From contig CM000433.1 of the NCBI GenBank assembly GCA_000165345.1, forward strand, positions 512,001 through 576,000: DNA of 64,000 nt, read 5' to 3'. A model generated the notes under the pieces. It was given only the letters and a program-made list of their open reading frames with translations. It was not told the DNA's origin and searched no databases. The translations under genes were made by a program, and so were the position numbers. Below, piece after piece: positions 10,585 to 22,278 of this stretch. Numbering within the stretch: the stretch's first letter is position 1; the number at the start of each line of letters is the position of its first letter.

Positions 10585-11536
10585 ATTAATTTAAGAATAA
10601 ATTTTTAGTTATATTTTATAATATTTGGCTGATTTTATATTAATATTTTATGTATTTTAAAAGAATTGGGATGATTAATAAGAAAAGGAATATCTATTAT
10701 TGTGATAGTTGCGGTAAAAGTATATGTATACTTGGTACTGATAACTTGTGATACTAGAAATTGATCCACTTTGTTATTGTAAGTCTCTTTTCATTGTGTA
10801 GAGTTCCCATTTTTATTCTTAAATTGTTTCACACTCTATTCTTCAATTATTTTCAGCTTACCCACTTATTATCTTCTTCTTATTAGACGCCATTGCCATA
10901 ATTAAACTCTCCCTCAGATGTCACAATATGACACGTGGTAAGCTTTAGTATTCTAATAAGGTTAAATTTGGACGGCAATTCACTTTATATAAAATTGATT
11001 CCATTTTTAAATATAACTCACTTTGTGTTTAGAGTATAACCATAGTTTAATTTTATTGTTACTATATTTTTTTGTTGGATTTTTTTTTTTTCCTTTCCTC
11101 CTTTATTAAACTTTATTCACAGGCGCGCTTCTTGTCTCCACCAAGAAACTAGAAGAAAAGGAAGGAAAAAGAAAACAAAGAATAAGTCTTAATCTTACAA
11201 TATTAAGTGGTTAAATAAATTAGTAAAAGAATTTCTTATCATTCTTAATGCCATATTTCTTTAAATAATCATATCCAAGTGATAATCTGAAAAAAAAAAA
11301 CCAATTAAAGAGAAGATTTAATAAAGTATATTTATATTGAAGAAATAATATATAAATATATCATATATTTCATCAACAATATAATTTATTCAACCACGAA
11401 TTACTTGGAATTGTATTGAAATTCATTTTTTATTTTTCTTTAATTAAACCAAAGATTTAACTCCAGCCCTGATATAAACTGAATATTTTTATTTATTAAT
11501 CATTTAAAAATTTGATATAGGTATTCTCTGTAAATC

Positions 11537-12025
11537 ATGACAGCTTCAAATGCACCAAATAATAGTGGAAATAAAGTTGAAACCATACAACTTAGTTCAC
11601 TTCCTCCAGCAAAGCTGTTTCAACTTAGAGATCAAACCCAAGATGAAATGAACGAGCTTTCAATTAGAATCCAACAATTAAATGTTGTTTTGAATAGATT
11701 TAATGGATCCAGAGAAGCATTGGAACAACTTAAACCTGAAAACAAAGATAATACCATTTTAGCTCCAATTAGTCAATCAATTTATGTAGATGCAACCATT
11801 TGTGATGTTGAGAATGTATTGGTTGATATTGGTACTGGTTATCATGTTGAAATGAGAATCGAAAAGGCTAAAGTACATTTTGATAATAAAATTGAAATGA
11901 TCAAAAAATCGATTGAAAAGATTTCCAAATCCTTTAATGATAAGAATAAGATTTTCGATGCCATAAATTCCATCCTTATGGAACAAATCAAGGCCCAACA
12001 ACAAGGTATTGAAGCTAAAAAATAA
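11537..12025 (+). CDS. PFD5: Prefoldin subunit 5 (alpha-type)
   Basis: The IYVDATICDVENVLVDIGTGYHVEMRIEKA block matches the prefoldin-5 signature (LVDiGTGYyVE), flanked by coiled-coil regions. ATG start at 11537. Confidence 0.8.
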   Translation: MTASNAPNNSGNKVETIQLSSLPPAKLFQLRDQTQDEMNELSIRIQQLNVVLNRFNGSREALEQLKPENKDNTILAPISQSIYVDATICDVENVLVDIGTGYHVEMRIEKAKVHFDNKIEMIKKSIEKISKSFNDKNKIFDAINSILMEQIKAQQQGIEAKK

Positions 12026-12370
12026 TAATTATACCATTATTTTTTCATCTTTTACAATATTTTCTTATTCAATCCTTTTTTAACTCACACATATATATGC
12101 TTATTCATTAATCTGATGATAAATTTAAACCATTTAATTAATAATTTACACATTATTTCATCTTCTTTAATAAGCTAACTTATAATTTTTAAATATTCTT
12201 CCATTTTATCCTCCACATTCTTCAACTATTCCCTCTAATATATATGTTTGTTTAATTATAATTATCTATTTAATTCATTAACATTTTAATACAAATATTT
12301 TCCCTCCAAAATTGGTAATTTATTATTTTGCATGCATTGCCATCTTTTTTCTCCTTATGACAACCTCTAT

Positions 12371-12397
12371 ACCGGTCACTGTTGGCGCCAACACGTC
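12371..12397. promoter_or_regulatory. ACCGGT + TTGGCGCCAA (E2F-like palindrome) + CACGTC, about 170 bp upstream of DUS3
   Basis: Motifs seen directly. Confidence 0.45.
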
Positions 12398-12556
12398 ACC
12401 TTTGAAATTTATATATAAATAGTCAAATTTGTTGAATTATTGAAACCCAATTTAAATTAAAAATAAACTTGTTAGGTAAAAGAAGGTGTATAAATTACTT
12501 TATAAAAAGCTGGAATTGGAATTCGGGATTTTAGGTCATTATAACTCTGAAAAAAT

Positions 12557-14680
12557 ATGGGGGAACCATCCAATGAAATCCCAATAGATTCAGAAAGAAG
12601 GGACTATGTAAAAAAATGTATAGAAAATAGTGAAGCCCCAATAATGATGGAATACTTGAGTCCTTTAATATCATCGAAATGTCAGAATGAGACTGGAATT
12701 TCAGAAGTGAAAAAACTGAAGGAAGACCAAAATGAAGCCAATTCTTCAAAGAAAAGAAGTATTAGAGGATCTTTTAAAGCCAGTGAGAGGTCTCAAAATC
12801 TGAATTATATTGCAAAAATGGATGACTTAGATCGTCTTTGCTCAAATATTGCAATTTTTGGAGAATGTAAGCTTGATCATAATACTTGTAAAAAAAGCCA
12901 CAACATTGAAGAATTCTTAAAAATTAAACGTGAAGAAGCTGAATCGAAAATTCGTGATCATGAAGAATCTCTTCTAATTCAAAAGTCATGTCCTCTTTTT
13001 GAAAATTATGGAATTTGTCACCTTGGACTTAATTGTGAATTTGGACTTTCACATTTTAATGAATCTATTATGGCAAATGTTAACAGTAAAGGTGAAAAAG
13101 TTACTCCTGAGCATCTTGAAGAATTCTTTAATTCATTTGAGAAGAATACTATTGATATCCAATTAAGAACTGGGTTAAGAAAAAAAACGATGAATTTTCC
13201 TAAAACCAAAGATTTTTTTGATAATTACGCTTTAAGTACAAATAAAACTTTAAAAGATTGTGAAAAAAATAATCCAAAACCAAATTGTAAAAAAGCCCAA
13301 AACTTTGACAATCCCTTATTAGTAGGTTTAAAAAACACTGATAACTCAACATCTCTTGATGAAAAGGGCCCAAAGACTATTACTGAAATAAATAATCAAC
13401 CAAATATTGAAATACAACAAGAATTAAAGCTTTCAACTGAAGATATGCTGATTGGAATCTCCATACATGAAAAAGAAAAATGTAAGCATAAAATCTTTAG
13501 AAATAAACTCATCCTTGCTCCACTTACTACCGTTGGAAATCTTCCATTTAGAAGACTTTGTTTAAAATTTGGAGCTGATGTCACTGTAAGTGAAATGGTA
13601 TTATGCAATGAAATCCTTTCTGGGAAAGCTTCTGAGCTTGCATTACTTAAAAAAAGCCCAGAAGAAAAATATTTTGGTATTCAACTTGCTGGTGGTAACA
13701 AATCTACAATTATTAAAACTGGTGAATTCATTAATGAGCATTGTGAATTTGACTTTATTGATATTAATGCTGCTTGTCCATTAAAATCTCTTCATGATAA
13801 AGGCGCTGGAAGTATACTTGTTGATCGAGTTTCAGAACTTGAAACTATGGTTAAAGGGCTTAAAAAAGTTATGGATGGTAAACTTGTTACTGTCAAAGTT
13901 AGAATGAGTCATGGAGGATCACCTATTAATAAAAATCTTTCTGAAAAGGATTACTTTGAAAATTTTGAAAACTGGCCAGTAATTTACCACAATATGAAGA
14001 CTCACAAAATTTTAAATATTCTTTGTGACTCTGGAATTGATGCTTTAACTATACATGGTAGAACTTCATTCCAAAGATATACCAAAGAAGCTGATTGGTC
14101 CTATATTAAATATTGTTCAGTATTAAATTCCAAATTATATTCAAACAAAGTTGTCAATAATATTCAAAATAGTAATCATTCTCTTATTTGTCCTTCAATC
14201 ATTGGATGTGGGGATATTATTAATTTTCAAGATTACCAACAACATATCCAAAATGATCTTGTCGATTCTGTAATGATTGGAAGAGGAGCTTTACTAAAAC
14301 CCTGGATCTTTACTGAAATCAAAGAAAATAGGAATTGGGATATTTCTGCTAGTGAGAGATTTGATATTATCAAGCAATATGTCAATCTTGGACTAGAACA
14401 TTGGGGTACCGATAAAAGGGGAATTGCGCTTACTAGAAGATTCCTACTTGAATTTCTTTCATTCTTCCACAGGTATATCCCAATTGGTATTCTTGAACAG
14501 CCTATTCATACTCAAAACTTTAATTGGAGAACACCCAAATATATTGGTAGAAATGATCTGGAAACTATGTTAGCATCAAGTAACTCTAGTGACTGGATCA
14601 AAATCTCTGAAATGATACTCGGAAAAGTCCCCAGTGATTTTGTTTTTATCCCCAAACATAAAGCCAATAGCTCCCATTAA
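12557..14680 (+). CDS. DUS3: tRNA-dihydrouridine synthase 3-like (DUS3) with N-terminal CCCH zinc fingers
   Basis: CCCH fingers (CSNIAIFGECKLDHNTCKKSH; CPLFENYGICHLGLNCEFGLSH) precede a DUS TIM-barrel (LILAPLTTVGNLPFRRLC...GADVTVSEM). Confidence 0.85.
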   Translation: MGEPSNEIPIDSERRDYVKKCIENSEAPIMMEYLSPLISSKCQNETGISEVKKLKEDQNEANSSKKRSIRGSFKASERSQNLNYIAKMDDLDRLCSNIAIFGECKLDHNTCKKSHNIEEFLKIKREEAESKIRDHEESLLIQKSCPLFENYGICHLGLNCEFGLSHFNESIMANVNSKGEKVTPEHLEEFFNSFEKNTIDIQLRTGLRKKTMNFPKTKDFFDNYALSTNKTLKDCEKNNPKPNCKKAQNFDNPLLVGLKNTDNSTSLDEKGPKTITEINNQPNIEIQQELKLSTEDMLIGISIHEKEKCKHKIFRNKLILAPLTTVGNLPFRRLCLKFGADVTVSEMVLCNEILSGKASELALLKKSPEEKYFGIQLAGGNKSTIIKTGEFINEHCEFDFIDINAACPLKSLHDKGAGSILVDRVSELETMVKGLKKVMDGKLVTVKVRMSHGGSPINKNLSEKDYFENFENWPVIYHNMKTHKILNILCDSGIDALTIHGRTSFQRYTKEADWSYIKYCSVLNSKLYSNKVVNNIQNSNHSLICPSIIGCGDIINFQDYQQHIQNDLVDSVMIGRGALLKPWIFTEIKENRNWDISASERFDIIKQYVNLGLEHWGTDKRGIALTRRFLLEFLSFFHRYIPIGILEQPIHTQNFNWRTPKYIGRNDLETMLASSNSSDWIKISEMILGKVPSDFVFIPKHKANSSH

Positions 14681-15283
14681 TTTATTGCAATTTTATTAAA
14701 TATTATAATAAATCGCATGTAGGCGGGCTTTTTCTTATCTATAGTCTTTTTCTATATATTATATATTAGCTCACAGGTAAATATGCACTTTAATATCAAA
14801 AATATTTTTTCATGATTGCGAGCAAAAAAAAGAGATTCTTTTAATATTTTCACACTTTACTCTTTAATCTTGGTTTGTTATTTTTGAATGTCCCAATTTC
14901 TTATTGTCCAAAATTTTCAAAATATTACTTGAGTCTTCTACCGGAAATATTATATTATTTATTATATATTATAATAATATAATTACTTATATTTATATAA
15001 CATAAATATAAGTAATTATATTACTCTTAATATATATTACTTTTAATAGTAAATTTATGTATAATTTAGACTATTGGTAGCATTTGGCGCCTTTTGGTGA
15101 TCAACAAAAAGCTCTAGTAGGCGGAGAAAAATTAATGAAATTAAATTAGCACCAATTCCTTCACGAATTTATGAGAGATGAGAATATCTTGATTAATTTG
15201 AATACTTGAATCTGCTAAGAAGCTTATTATTGTTAGATGGAAAGAAATTCGAAAGCTTTGCAAATTTTATTGTTAATAATAAA

Positions 15284-18200
15284 ATGTCAGTTTTGGAAGT
15301 TTGTAGTAAGCTTAGAAAGCCAGGATTACAGCTTTCAGAGCTATGTACATTAATTAACACTCTTGGAGACTGCTTGTTGTTTGAGATCTTGGATGGAAAT
15401 CAGAATGTAGCTCAAATCAAATCTGGTTGGGAACAACTTATTGAGATTCTTATTCAAACAAACCACCCCACAGTGAGACATATTGCATTTCAGAATGTCA
15501 AATATATTCTAAATGGTAAAAATTGGATTACTGAAAATAAACATGCTCTTTCTGAAATCTGTTCTGGAGTTATTAAACTTTTATATCATTGGAATGAAAA
15601 TATTCAACTGGAGATTTTGGATATAATTCTTCAAGATGAGTTTCCTATTGGAAAAAACAAGTTACCTCTAACCCAACCATCCATCTTATCTTCTCTAATC
15701 AACTCTGATATTGAGATTTTGAATTACTTGCTTTCTTTGATGGTACAATATAATAACTGTCAATTTTACTTTGTAGTTCTGAAGATGCTTAATTCATTCA
15801 AATTTGCAATTAAAGATATTCAAACAAAAGAAGCTGTAAAGAGTATTGTTGATCAATTGTGTCAGCTCGAAAAGAATTTGAGCTTGGATGAAATTAATAG
15901 AGAAAATACTTTAAATGATGAAAATCTCCAATGCATTAAAATGAATTGTGAATATTCAAATCAAGAATTTCTTGTCATCATTTTTGAAATCTTTAATAAC
16001 ATCCCAAATAAGTTCCAAGATGTCAAGGTTGTATGTTATAATATGATTAAGGACGAATTGAATCTTTTGCTTTCTGAGGATTTACTTGGAACTATTAATT
16101 ATTGTCCATATTATAATCTTATTGAAAGTGGATTTAAAGCTATGACTAAAACTTCCTTGTATCATCCTTTAGTTTCACTTGATCATATGAAATGGATGAG
16201 AGGTATTTGGAATCTGATCAGCTTTAAGATTTTTGGTAATAGCTCAAGTAAATACCCTAAGGAGGAACATGAGTCGATTCTTTTCAAGATTTTAAGTCAA
16301 GCGATGAAGTCAATATTAACTTTTTACTTGGAAATGGGCCAGGTATTATTTATATGGGATTTTGAACTGAAAGAAAATAATATTAATATTGAAGTTGATA
16401 ACAAAATTGTCAAAGATGAAACCATATTCATATTTAACTTAAATCAAATTGTCCAAGAATTCATTGAATTTATTTCTAATCTACCAAAAGAATATTTCTG
16501 CTCAAATGATGGAGTTTGTGAGTACATTTCAATTCTCTCTTCCATAATTAATATAGGACTAGAACTTGATCATGGAAAAATTTTGGGTACCCATAAATTT
16601 TATTATGATAGATCTTTTATCAAATTGGTGCTTTCTATAGCTCATTTTTTGGAGGGTATCAAAGAACTTGAGATATTTCAACCATTTCAAGAAAAAAATC
16701 CTAAACTTCTTGAATCTTACTTTATACTTAACTTTATACTCTGTAAATCCTATTATTTGCTCAATATTGTTGGTAATTACCATCAAGTTGATATAAAAGA
16801 CCAAAGTCTTATTAGAGAATTGAGCTCAAACTTTATTGAATGGATAATTTCTCAAAGTAACTTACATATGGATAAATTTTTGTTATTCTTTTCAGAAAAA
16901 ACCATTAAAGCTTTATATTTTGACTTAATCCCAAGTTGGATTACTCAGAAAAATAAATACCGAAGAATTGGTTTATCCTATAATAATAATCCTGAAATAA
17001 TGTTCTTGACCTTACTTAGAAATCTATACAAATACGCTTTTTTGGATGGTCAGAATGATCTCCCAATTAATGAAACTCTTAACCAAGAAGAAATAACCAA
17101 ACTTTTGTCCAATTTTTATTTTTGCTGTCTTTACTTTCATAGATTAGATTCAATGGTTAGAAAAGAAACTTTAAAAGACAAAATTGAGCTTCAAGAATGT
17201 GATGAAGAAATGATTCTGTCATTTTTACCATGTTTACATATAACTAATACCTACAAATATGCCAAGTACTTTGCAGTTATTAGAAGATACAAAATTTCTA
17301 AAGCAATGTTCGAATCAATAAAGCTCTATACTCTTGAAAGTCGTGCTTGGATTCATATTTTAGTATATATTACCCAATTTTATGATTGTATTATGTCGTT
17401 TTTAAGAACTAATGAAGCTTCTGAATATCAAAGTAACTCATCCTTACAATTAACTTTGCAAAAAGACCTTGTTATCCAACTCAGGTACATCATAATAAAT
17501 ATCGAGTCTGACTTCAAATTTATTAATAACTCCAATATCTGCTTCTTTTCGAGTATATATTTCTTAGCAATCCATAAGATTAATGAATTTTTCTCAAAAA
17601 GCTTCAATTCAAGATTCAATGATGAATCAGATAATCAACAAATTGATCATTTTGTAACTCTTTCTTATTTAGTGGACATTCTTAAGACTTTATTTGGACT
17701 TGCAAATATTGCAAAACCTATTTCCACACATACCTACCAAATTATAACTCAAATTTACTGGTCATTTAAAAAGATTACTCTGAAAGTTCTTATTTCTTAT
17801 ATGAAATTTGCAATGGAGTCCTTCTCTGAAATAGAAGATAACCCAAATAATCAAAAATCTATTAATAAGAGCTCAGACTTATTAAAACAGACTCTGCTCT
17901 TGGCCTTGGGCCAAAAAATACCCAAATTTAATATTCTTATTGAAAAAAGTTTTATTGATAATGCTTTCAATATATTCAAACTTATTGAATTTAACACTTT
18001 TCCCCAGGTAAAGTGGCAGTTTGTTCGAAGAAATGTTAGTTCCGAAAACCTTGCAAACATTTTTCTATTAAACCTAAGAAAACATCCAAATGATCTTTTG
18101 ACTTCTCTTTCAAAGAATCCTCGCAAACCTGGTGAAAAATCATCCTTTTCACTAGTTTATCTCCGAAACTCCATCCTTAACAATGATAATCCTTCTTCAT

Positions 18201-18763
18201 CTTCTTTGTCAGAAAACCACTCAAAATTCCCCGAAAATGCTTATTCTATTGACTTAGAGTCCCGCCTATGGCAAAATGTCAGACCTGACACAATTTTGCA
18301 TGCATGCATGCATTTACTTGCGCATGTGGGGAGATTCCCGCCCATACTGCTTGTACAGAAGACTCTTCCACATATTTACTTAAGGGGTGAAATTCTGGGT
18401 TTACAGAACAACAAAGATTGTGTTAATCCTTCAGGAACTTCTTCTGAAACTGCAAATGTGGGTAATGACCACCAAGTGGTTCCAGTATTGAAACTATTTG
18501 GATTCTTTAAAAGTGGTTTCCAAAAGAATTTATCGGAAGAGTGCCATTGGGTTAGGATAAAGCTTTCTTATTTATTTAAGGAGGGTGAAGAGCTTCCAGC
18601 TTCACATATTTTGGACTTATCTATAACTGAAGCTCACTTTTCTTGGGCACAACCAATTGTAAGAATTCCAAATGCTCAAAAACTTAAAATTATTTCAGTA
18701 CCTTTAAATCGGTACAAGATTTGTATCGGAATTCCTTATACAACCTTTATCAACATCCTTTAG
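15284..18763 (+). CDS. Large hypothetical protein, helical and leucine-rich. Coordinates are from the first ATG; the ORF opens at a TTG at 15206.
   Basis: Long uninterrupted ORF (1185 codons) with a coding-like, non-repetitive composition. Confidence 0.55.
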   Translation: MSVLEVCSKLRKPGLQLSELCTLINTLGDCLLFEILDGNQNVAQIKSGWEQLIEILIQTNHPTVRHIAFQNVKYILNGKNWITENKHALSEICSGVIKLLYHWNENIQLEILDIILQDEFPIGKNKLPLTQPSILSSLINSDIEILNYLLSLMVQYNNCQFYFVVLKMLNSFKFAIKDIQTKEAVKSIVDQLCQLEKNLSLDEINRENTLNDENLQCIKMNCEYSNQEFLVIIFEIFNNIPNKFQDVKVVCYNMIKDELNLLLSEDLLGTINYCPYYNLIESGFKAMTKTSLYHPLVSLDHMKWMRGIWNLISFKIFGNSSSKYPKEEHESILFKILSQAMKSILTFYLEMGQVLFIWDFELKENNINIEVDNKIVKDETIFIFNLNQIVQEFIEFISNLPKEYFCSNDGVCEYISILSSIINIGLELDHGKILGTHKFYYDRSFIKLVLSIAHFLEGIKELEIFQPFQEKNPKLLESYFILNFILCKSYYLLNIVGNYHQVDIKDQSLIRELSSNFIEWIISQSNLHMDKFLLFFSEKTIKALYFDLIPSWITQKNKYRRIGLSYNNNPEIMFLTLLRNLYKYAFLDGQNDLPINETLNQEEITKLLSNFYFCCLYFHRLDSMVRKETLKDKIELQECDEEMILSFLPCLHITNTYKYAKYFAVIRRYKISKAMFESIKLYTLESRAWIHILVYITQFYDCIMSFLRTNEASEYQSNSSLQLTLQKDLVIQLRYIIINIESDFKFINNSNICFFSSIYFLAIHKINEFFSKSFNSRFNDESDNQQIDHFVTLSYLVDILKTLFGLANIAKPISTHTYQIITQIYWSFKKITLKVLISYMKFAMESFSEIEDNPNNQKSINKSSDLLKQTLLLALGQKIPKFNILIEKSFIDNAFNIFKLIEFNTFPQVKWQFVRRNVSSENLANIFLLNLRKHPNDLLTSLSKNPRKPGEKSSFSLVYLRNSILNNDNPSSSSLSENHSKFPENAYSIDLESRLWQNVRPDTILHACMHLLAHVGRFPPILLVQKTLPHIYLRGEILGLQNNKDCVNPSGTSSETANVGNDHQVVPVLKLFGFFKSGFQKNLSEECHWVRIKLSYLFKEGEELPASHILDLSITEAHFSWAQPIVRIPNAQKLKIISVPLNRYKICIGIPYTTFINIL

Positions 18764-18800
18764 GTAATGACCAAATGTTTAGGGGTTTTTCCTCCTCGAA

Positions 18801-18825
18801 TTGGCGCCAAAGTTTGCGCATGCAT
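18801..18825. promoter_or_regulatory. TTGGCGCCAA + GCGCATGCAT in the convergent gap between the large hypothetical gene and the CPSF6-like gene
   Basis: Motifs seen directly. Confidence 0.4.
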
Positions 18826-19273
18826 TTCAGATTTGAATTAGGCTTGCAAAGCTCCATATGCTAAAGTTTAGAATCTTTAAATTAACAAACTTTAATCTTA
18901 ATCTTCTCATTCGCAACAAATATAAACTGAAAAGAAAGAAAAGTCTTAGTTTAACTAATTTATACTGGCATAAATATATACTTAACTTATCCTAATCTAA
19001 TGGCTAGGCTTAGCTTCCTCACATTAAAGCTACTGTAAGATTTCTCAATTTAATATATAATATAATAGTAATGTAGTGTTGGAGAATTATATACTTTTCC
19101 AATACTGAATTGATCATTTCTTATAATATTAAAAAATAAAAAAAACTGATATTTAGGTGGTGGAAGTAGTGGTAGCCATGGTAAAAGTAATACATACTTT
19201 CTAGTTATGCATAGTACCGATTAATAATATAATGCTCATTTTCCAAGAAATGGCAAACTCTCTATTTGCGTTT

Positions 19274-21847
19274 TTATCTCCTATTACTCCTCCTTTCCCA
19301 TCCTCCTCTTTCTGCTAATGACCTACTCTCTCTATAAGAATTCTTAGACCCTCTTGAGCCATTATTACCACTGCTACCGCCTCCGCCGGAGCTTCTACCT
19401 TCCCATGGCTTTTCCTTTGACGAATTTGAAGAAAATTTACCCAAATCTTTCCTAACATGTTTAGAAGATGACTTCCTTTGAGGACTTCTACTCCTAGAAC
19501 TTTCACTAGATGATCTATGTTTTTTCAAGGAAGATTTGCTAGACTTTCCGTACTCTAAAGAATTTCCGCCTAGAGTAGTAGATCCTCCCGAAGATTTCTT
19601 ACTATTAGCACCGCTTCCTCCTCCGCTCCCTCTCTCAGAGCCTTCCTTCATATTAGAAGTTACCATTGATGACCCTCCTGATCCTTTATTCGTTGAACCT
19701 TTTTCCTGATCTCCACTTCTATCTCTTTCCCAATCTTTATCTCTGTGTCTTTCCTTTTCAGACCTCTCAGCCTTAATATCTCCCTTATCTACCCGATCTC
19801 TGTCGTTCTTTTCTCTATTTCTATCCCTATTTCTATCTCTTTCTCCTCGCTCTCCTCGCTCTCCTCGCTCACCTCTTTCTCCTCGATCTCTGTCTCTATC
19901 TCTATCTCTATCTCTATCTCTGTCTCTATCTCTATCTCGATCTCGATCTCGATCTCCTCGATCTCCACGTTCCCCCCTTTCTCCTCTTTCTCCTCTTTCA
20001 CCCCGATCCCCTCGTTCCCTGTCTCTCTCAAGCTCACCTCTTTCCGCGCGATCTCCTCCTCTTTCTCTATAATCACGTCTTTGGCCAGCAAACCTTCTGC
20101 TACTTTGGCCACCTCCTCCTGATCCAGATCCTTGTCCTCCGCCAGTATTGAAATGTTCGTTATCATCCCTAAATGAATTAACCATATCTCCATTATTACT
20201 TTCACATCCTCCGCTTTGTCCTGTTGAGTGGTGATCAGACAAACCATGTTCATATTTAACAGACTTAGATCCACGTCCACTATTACTATATTGATAACTC
20301 TCTTCCATACTTTGATTATTATTATTATTAGAATTGTTATAGTTACTACTCAAATTTGGTCCTGAGCTACTATCATGACTCTTTTTTAATCCCTTATTTG
20401 GATGGTCTCCTAAAGCAGAATTTGTATGGTGATTGGCATTATTATGAGATAAAGTCGAATCTTTCATTTCTCCACTGTTTACTCCTCCAATATCTTCATC
20501 AAAGTGATTTAATTGATCTGAATCGCTTTCAATATTAACATAATTTGAATTGGTAATACCAGCATTATTAGAAATATTGTTAAAGTTGGATCTTGCCTTG
20601 GATGAAGGATGTTTGGTTGAAGCTGTTGCTGCTGGTCTGTTTTGAAGTCTAGATGGAGGAATTAGATCTTTTAAATGCTTAAGTGCTTCAACATATAAAG
20701 GAGGAAACCAAGACGGAGTACCATCAGGGAAGTAGTATGATGCATAATCAGCAAATCTAGGCTGTACAAAACCAACAATAGTGCCTGTCTCTGGCTGGAT
20801 CTCTAGACCTGCAGTCTGTACATCAACTCCAACTAATTGGCATATCATTGCCAAAATCTCCTCAGTAATAATTCCGCCCCTACTCCAATGAGGAGTAATA
20901 TTATCCAAAGCAATATGTAACTCTCCGTGAAGAGGTAAAGGAACCACATATAATGGGCGGCCCTCAAACTTATTTGCAAAGCTTGCTGATATACCTTGTA
21001 GTGCTTTAGGAGCACTATCTGAATTAACATATTCAATTAAACAAATTCCCAAAGACCTTCCATCCTTAGGCCTTTCTATTATCCTTACTGCTCTTATAGC
21101 TCCAAATTCAGTAGCTAGCTCACGTACATGTATATCATTAATCCACCACATTAGATTTGAAATAACTATGATTGATCCCACTCGAGTCATAGCTCCTCCT
21201 GTTCCTGGATCAGGGTTCACTCTCTCAGGTAATTCTGGGGGAGATCCAAGGAATACTACTCGGTCTCTTCTTACAAATGAGACAGATTTACTAGCTTTTG
21301 GAGCTATTGAAACTCCTTTACCATATGGAATGTTTGTGTAACTCCTACTGTTAACCTCCTCTGCAAGTATTACTCCTCCTATATCCTCCTCTTCTTCCTC
21401 CTCCTCAAGTATTGTAGTTGAAGCAATAACTTTTTCATTTTCTTGAATTTCACCATGGAAATCCTCCCCTTCATGTCTAGCTTTCAATCCAGCAACTCCT
21501 GATCTTGAAACTAAGTCAAATCCTTCTTGATTAGTGCCAGAATATGCATTGTTTTCTCTTTGATTTTGATTTAAATGTCCCAATTCACGGCCCAAACTCA
21601 TATCTGACATGGAAACATCCTCTATTCCATGATAATTTCCTCCAGATGCAACCCCATGCTTAGTTAAATCTTCATTCAATAATTCACTGTCTCGATGGTC
21701 AGCCTCACGAGCCATATTAGATTCAGCTGCCACCATAGAACCCTGAATTGGAGCCGATGAATATGTCTTTTCCAATGATATTGGAACCACTCCTAAACCT
21801 GCATACCAATCATCCTCATCAATATTGTCACAATCCCTATTGTCCAT
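19274..21847 (-). CDS. RRM protein with a C-terminal RD/RE/RS-like domain, CPSF6/CFIm68-like
   Basis: The RRM contains NLMWWINDIHV (compare CPSF6 NLTWWTTDEDL). The C-terminus has (RD)n, (ERG)n and S-rich repeats. Confidence 0.6.
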   Translation of the reverse strand: MDNRDCDNIDEDDWYAGLGVVPISLEKTYSSAPIQGSMVAAESNMAREADHRDSELLNEDLTKHGVASGGNYHGIEDVSMSDMSLGRELGHLNQNQRENNAYSGTNQEGFDLVSRSGVAGLKARHEGEDFHGEIQENEKVIASTTILEEEEEEEDIGGVILAEEVNSRSYTNIPYGKGVSIAPKASKSVSFVRRDRVVFLGSPPELPERVNPDPGTGGAMTRVGSIIVISNLMWWINDIHVRELATEFGAIRAVRIIERPKDGRSLGICLIEYVNSDSAPKALQGISASFANKFEGRPLYVVPLPLHGELHIALDNITPHWSRGGIITEEILAMICQLVGVDVQTAGLEIQPETGTIVGFVQPRFADYASYYFPDGTPSWFPPLYVEALKHLKDLIPPSRLQNRPAATASTKHPSSKARSNFNNISNNAGITNSNYVNIESDSDQLNHFDEDIGGVNSGEMKDSTLSHNNANHHTNSALGDHPNKGLKKSHDSSSGPNLSSNYNNSNNNNNQSMEESYQYSNSGRGSKSVKYEHGLSDHHSTGQSGGCESNNGDMVNSFRDDNEHFNTGGGQGSGSGGGGQSSRRFAGQRRDYRERGGDRAERGELERDRERGDRGERGERGERGERGDRGDRDRDRDRDRDRDRDRDRDRDRDRGERGERGERGERGERDRNRDRNREKNDRDRVDKGDIKAERSEKERHRDKDWERDRSGDQEKGSTNKGSGGSSMVTSNMKEGSERGSGGGSGANSKKSSGGSTTLGGNSLEYGKSSKSSLKKHRSSSESSRSRSPQRKSSSKHVRKDLGKFSSNSSKEKPWEGRSSGGGGSSGNNGSRGSKNSYRESRSLAERGGWERRSNRR
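19795..20060. repeat. TC/GA-rich microsatellite-like tract (tctatc/tctcga units) encoding the (RD)n/(ERG)n dipeptide and tripeptide repeats
   Basis: Near-perfect tandem units visible in the sequence. Confidence 0.9.
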
Positions 21848-22090
21848 TTTATCGATCTATTCCTCAAAACAAACAATAGCTTTGTCTTTCTCCAATAATT
21901 CCACTTAGTTGAGCAAACTCAACTCAAACTCCGCAAAGGAAAAAACAAATATTTCCTCTTATCCTCAAACTTCCTTTATCCGCCTTCTCTATCTTGAAAG
22001 ACCCAACAAATCTCAATTAATATTCCAATTTTTCTCCTCTTCTTTTTCTTTATATATAATTAGTTTGATACAATATTTTTTGTGGCGGTA

Positions 22091-22106
22091 TCAATTGGCG
22101 CCAATG
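22091..22106. promoter_or_regulatory. CAATTGGCGCCAATG (an ATTGGCGCCAAT 12-bp palindrome: an E2F-like core overlapping two CCAAT boxes) in the divergent promoter between the CPSF6-like gene and TRM61
   Basis: Motif seen directly. Confidence 0.45.
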
Positions 22107-22278
22107 AAGAATTTTATTTAAAGTCAATTTTGATAAACTGGTAACAGATTAAAATAAAGATTTTCAGAATAAATAGGGAAGAGCTGGTTATATTTTGATT
22201 CGTTGTTTTGAGCTCTTGACACTCTAGGGCTTATATCCAGTATTCATTTTAAGTAGCTTGTTTAATAAGGAAGGAATA

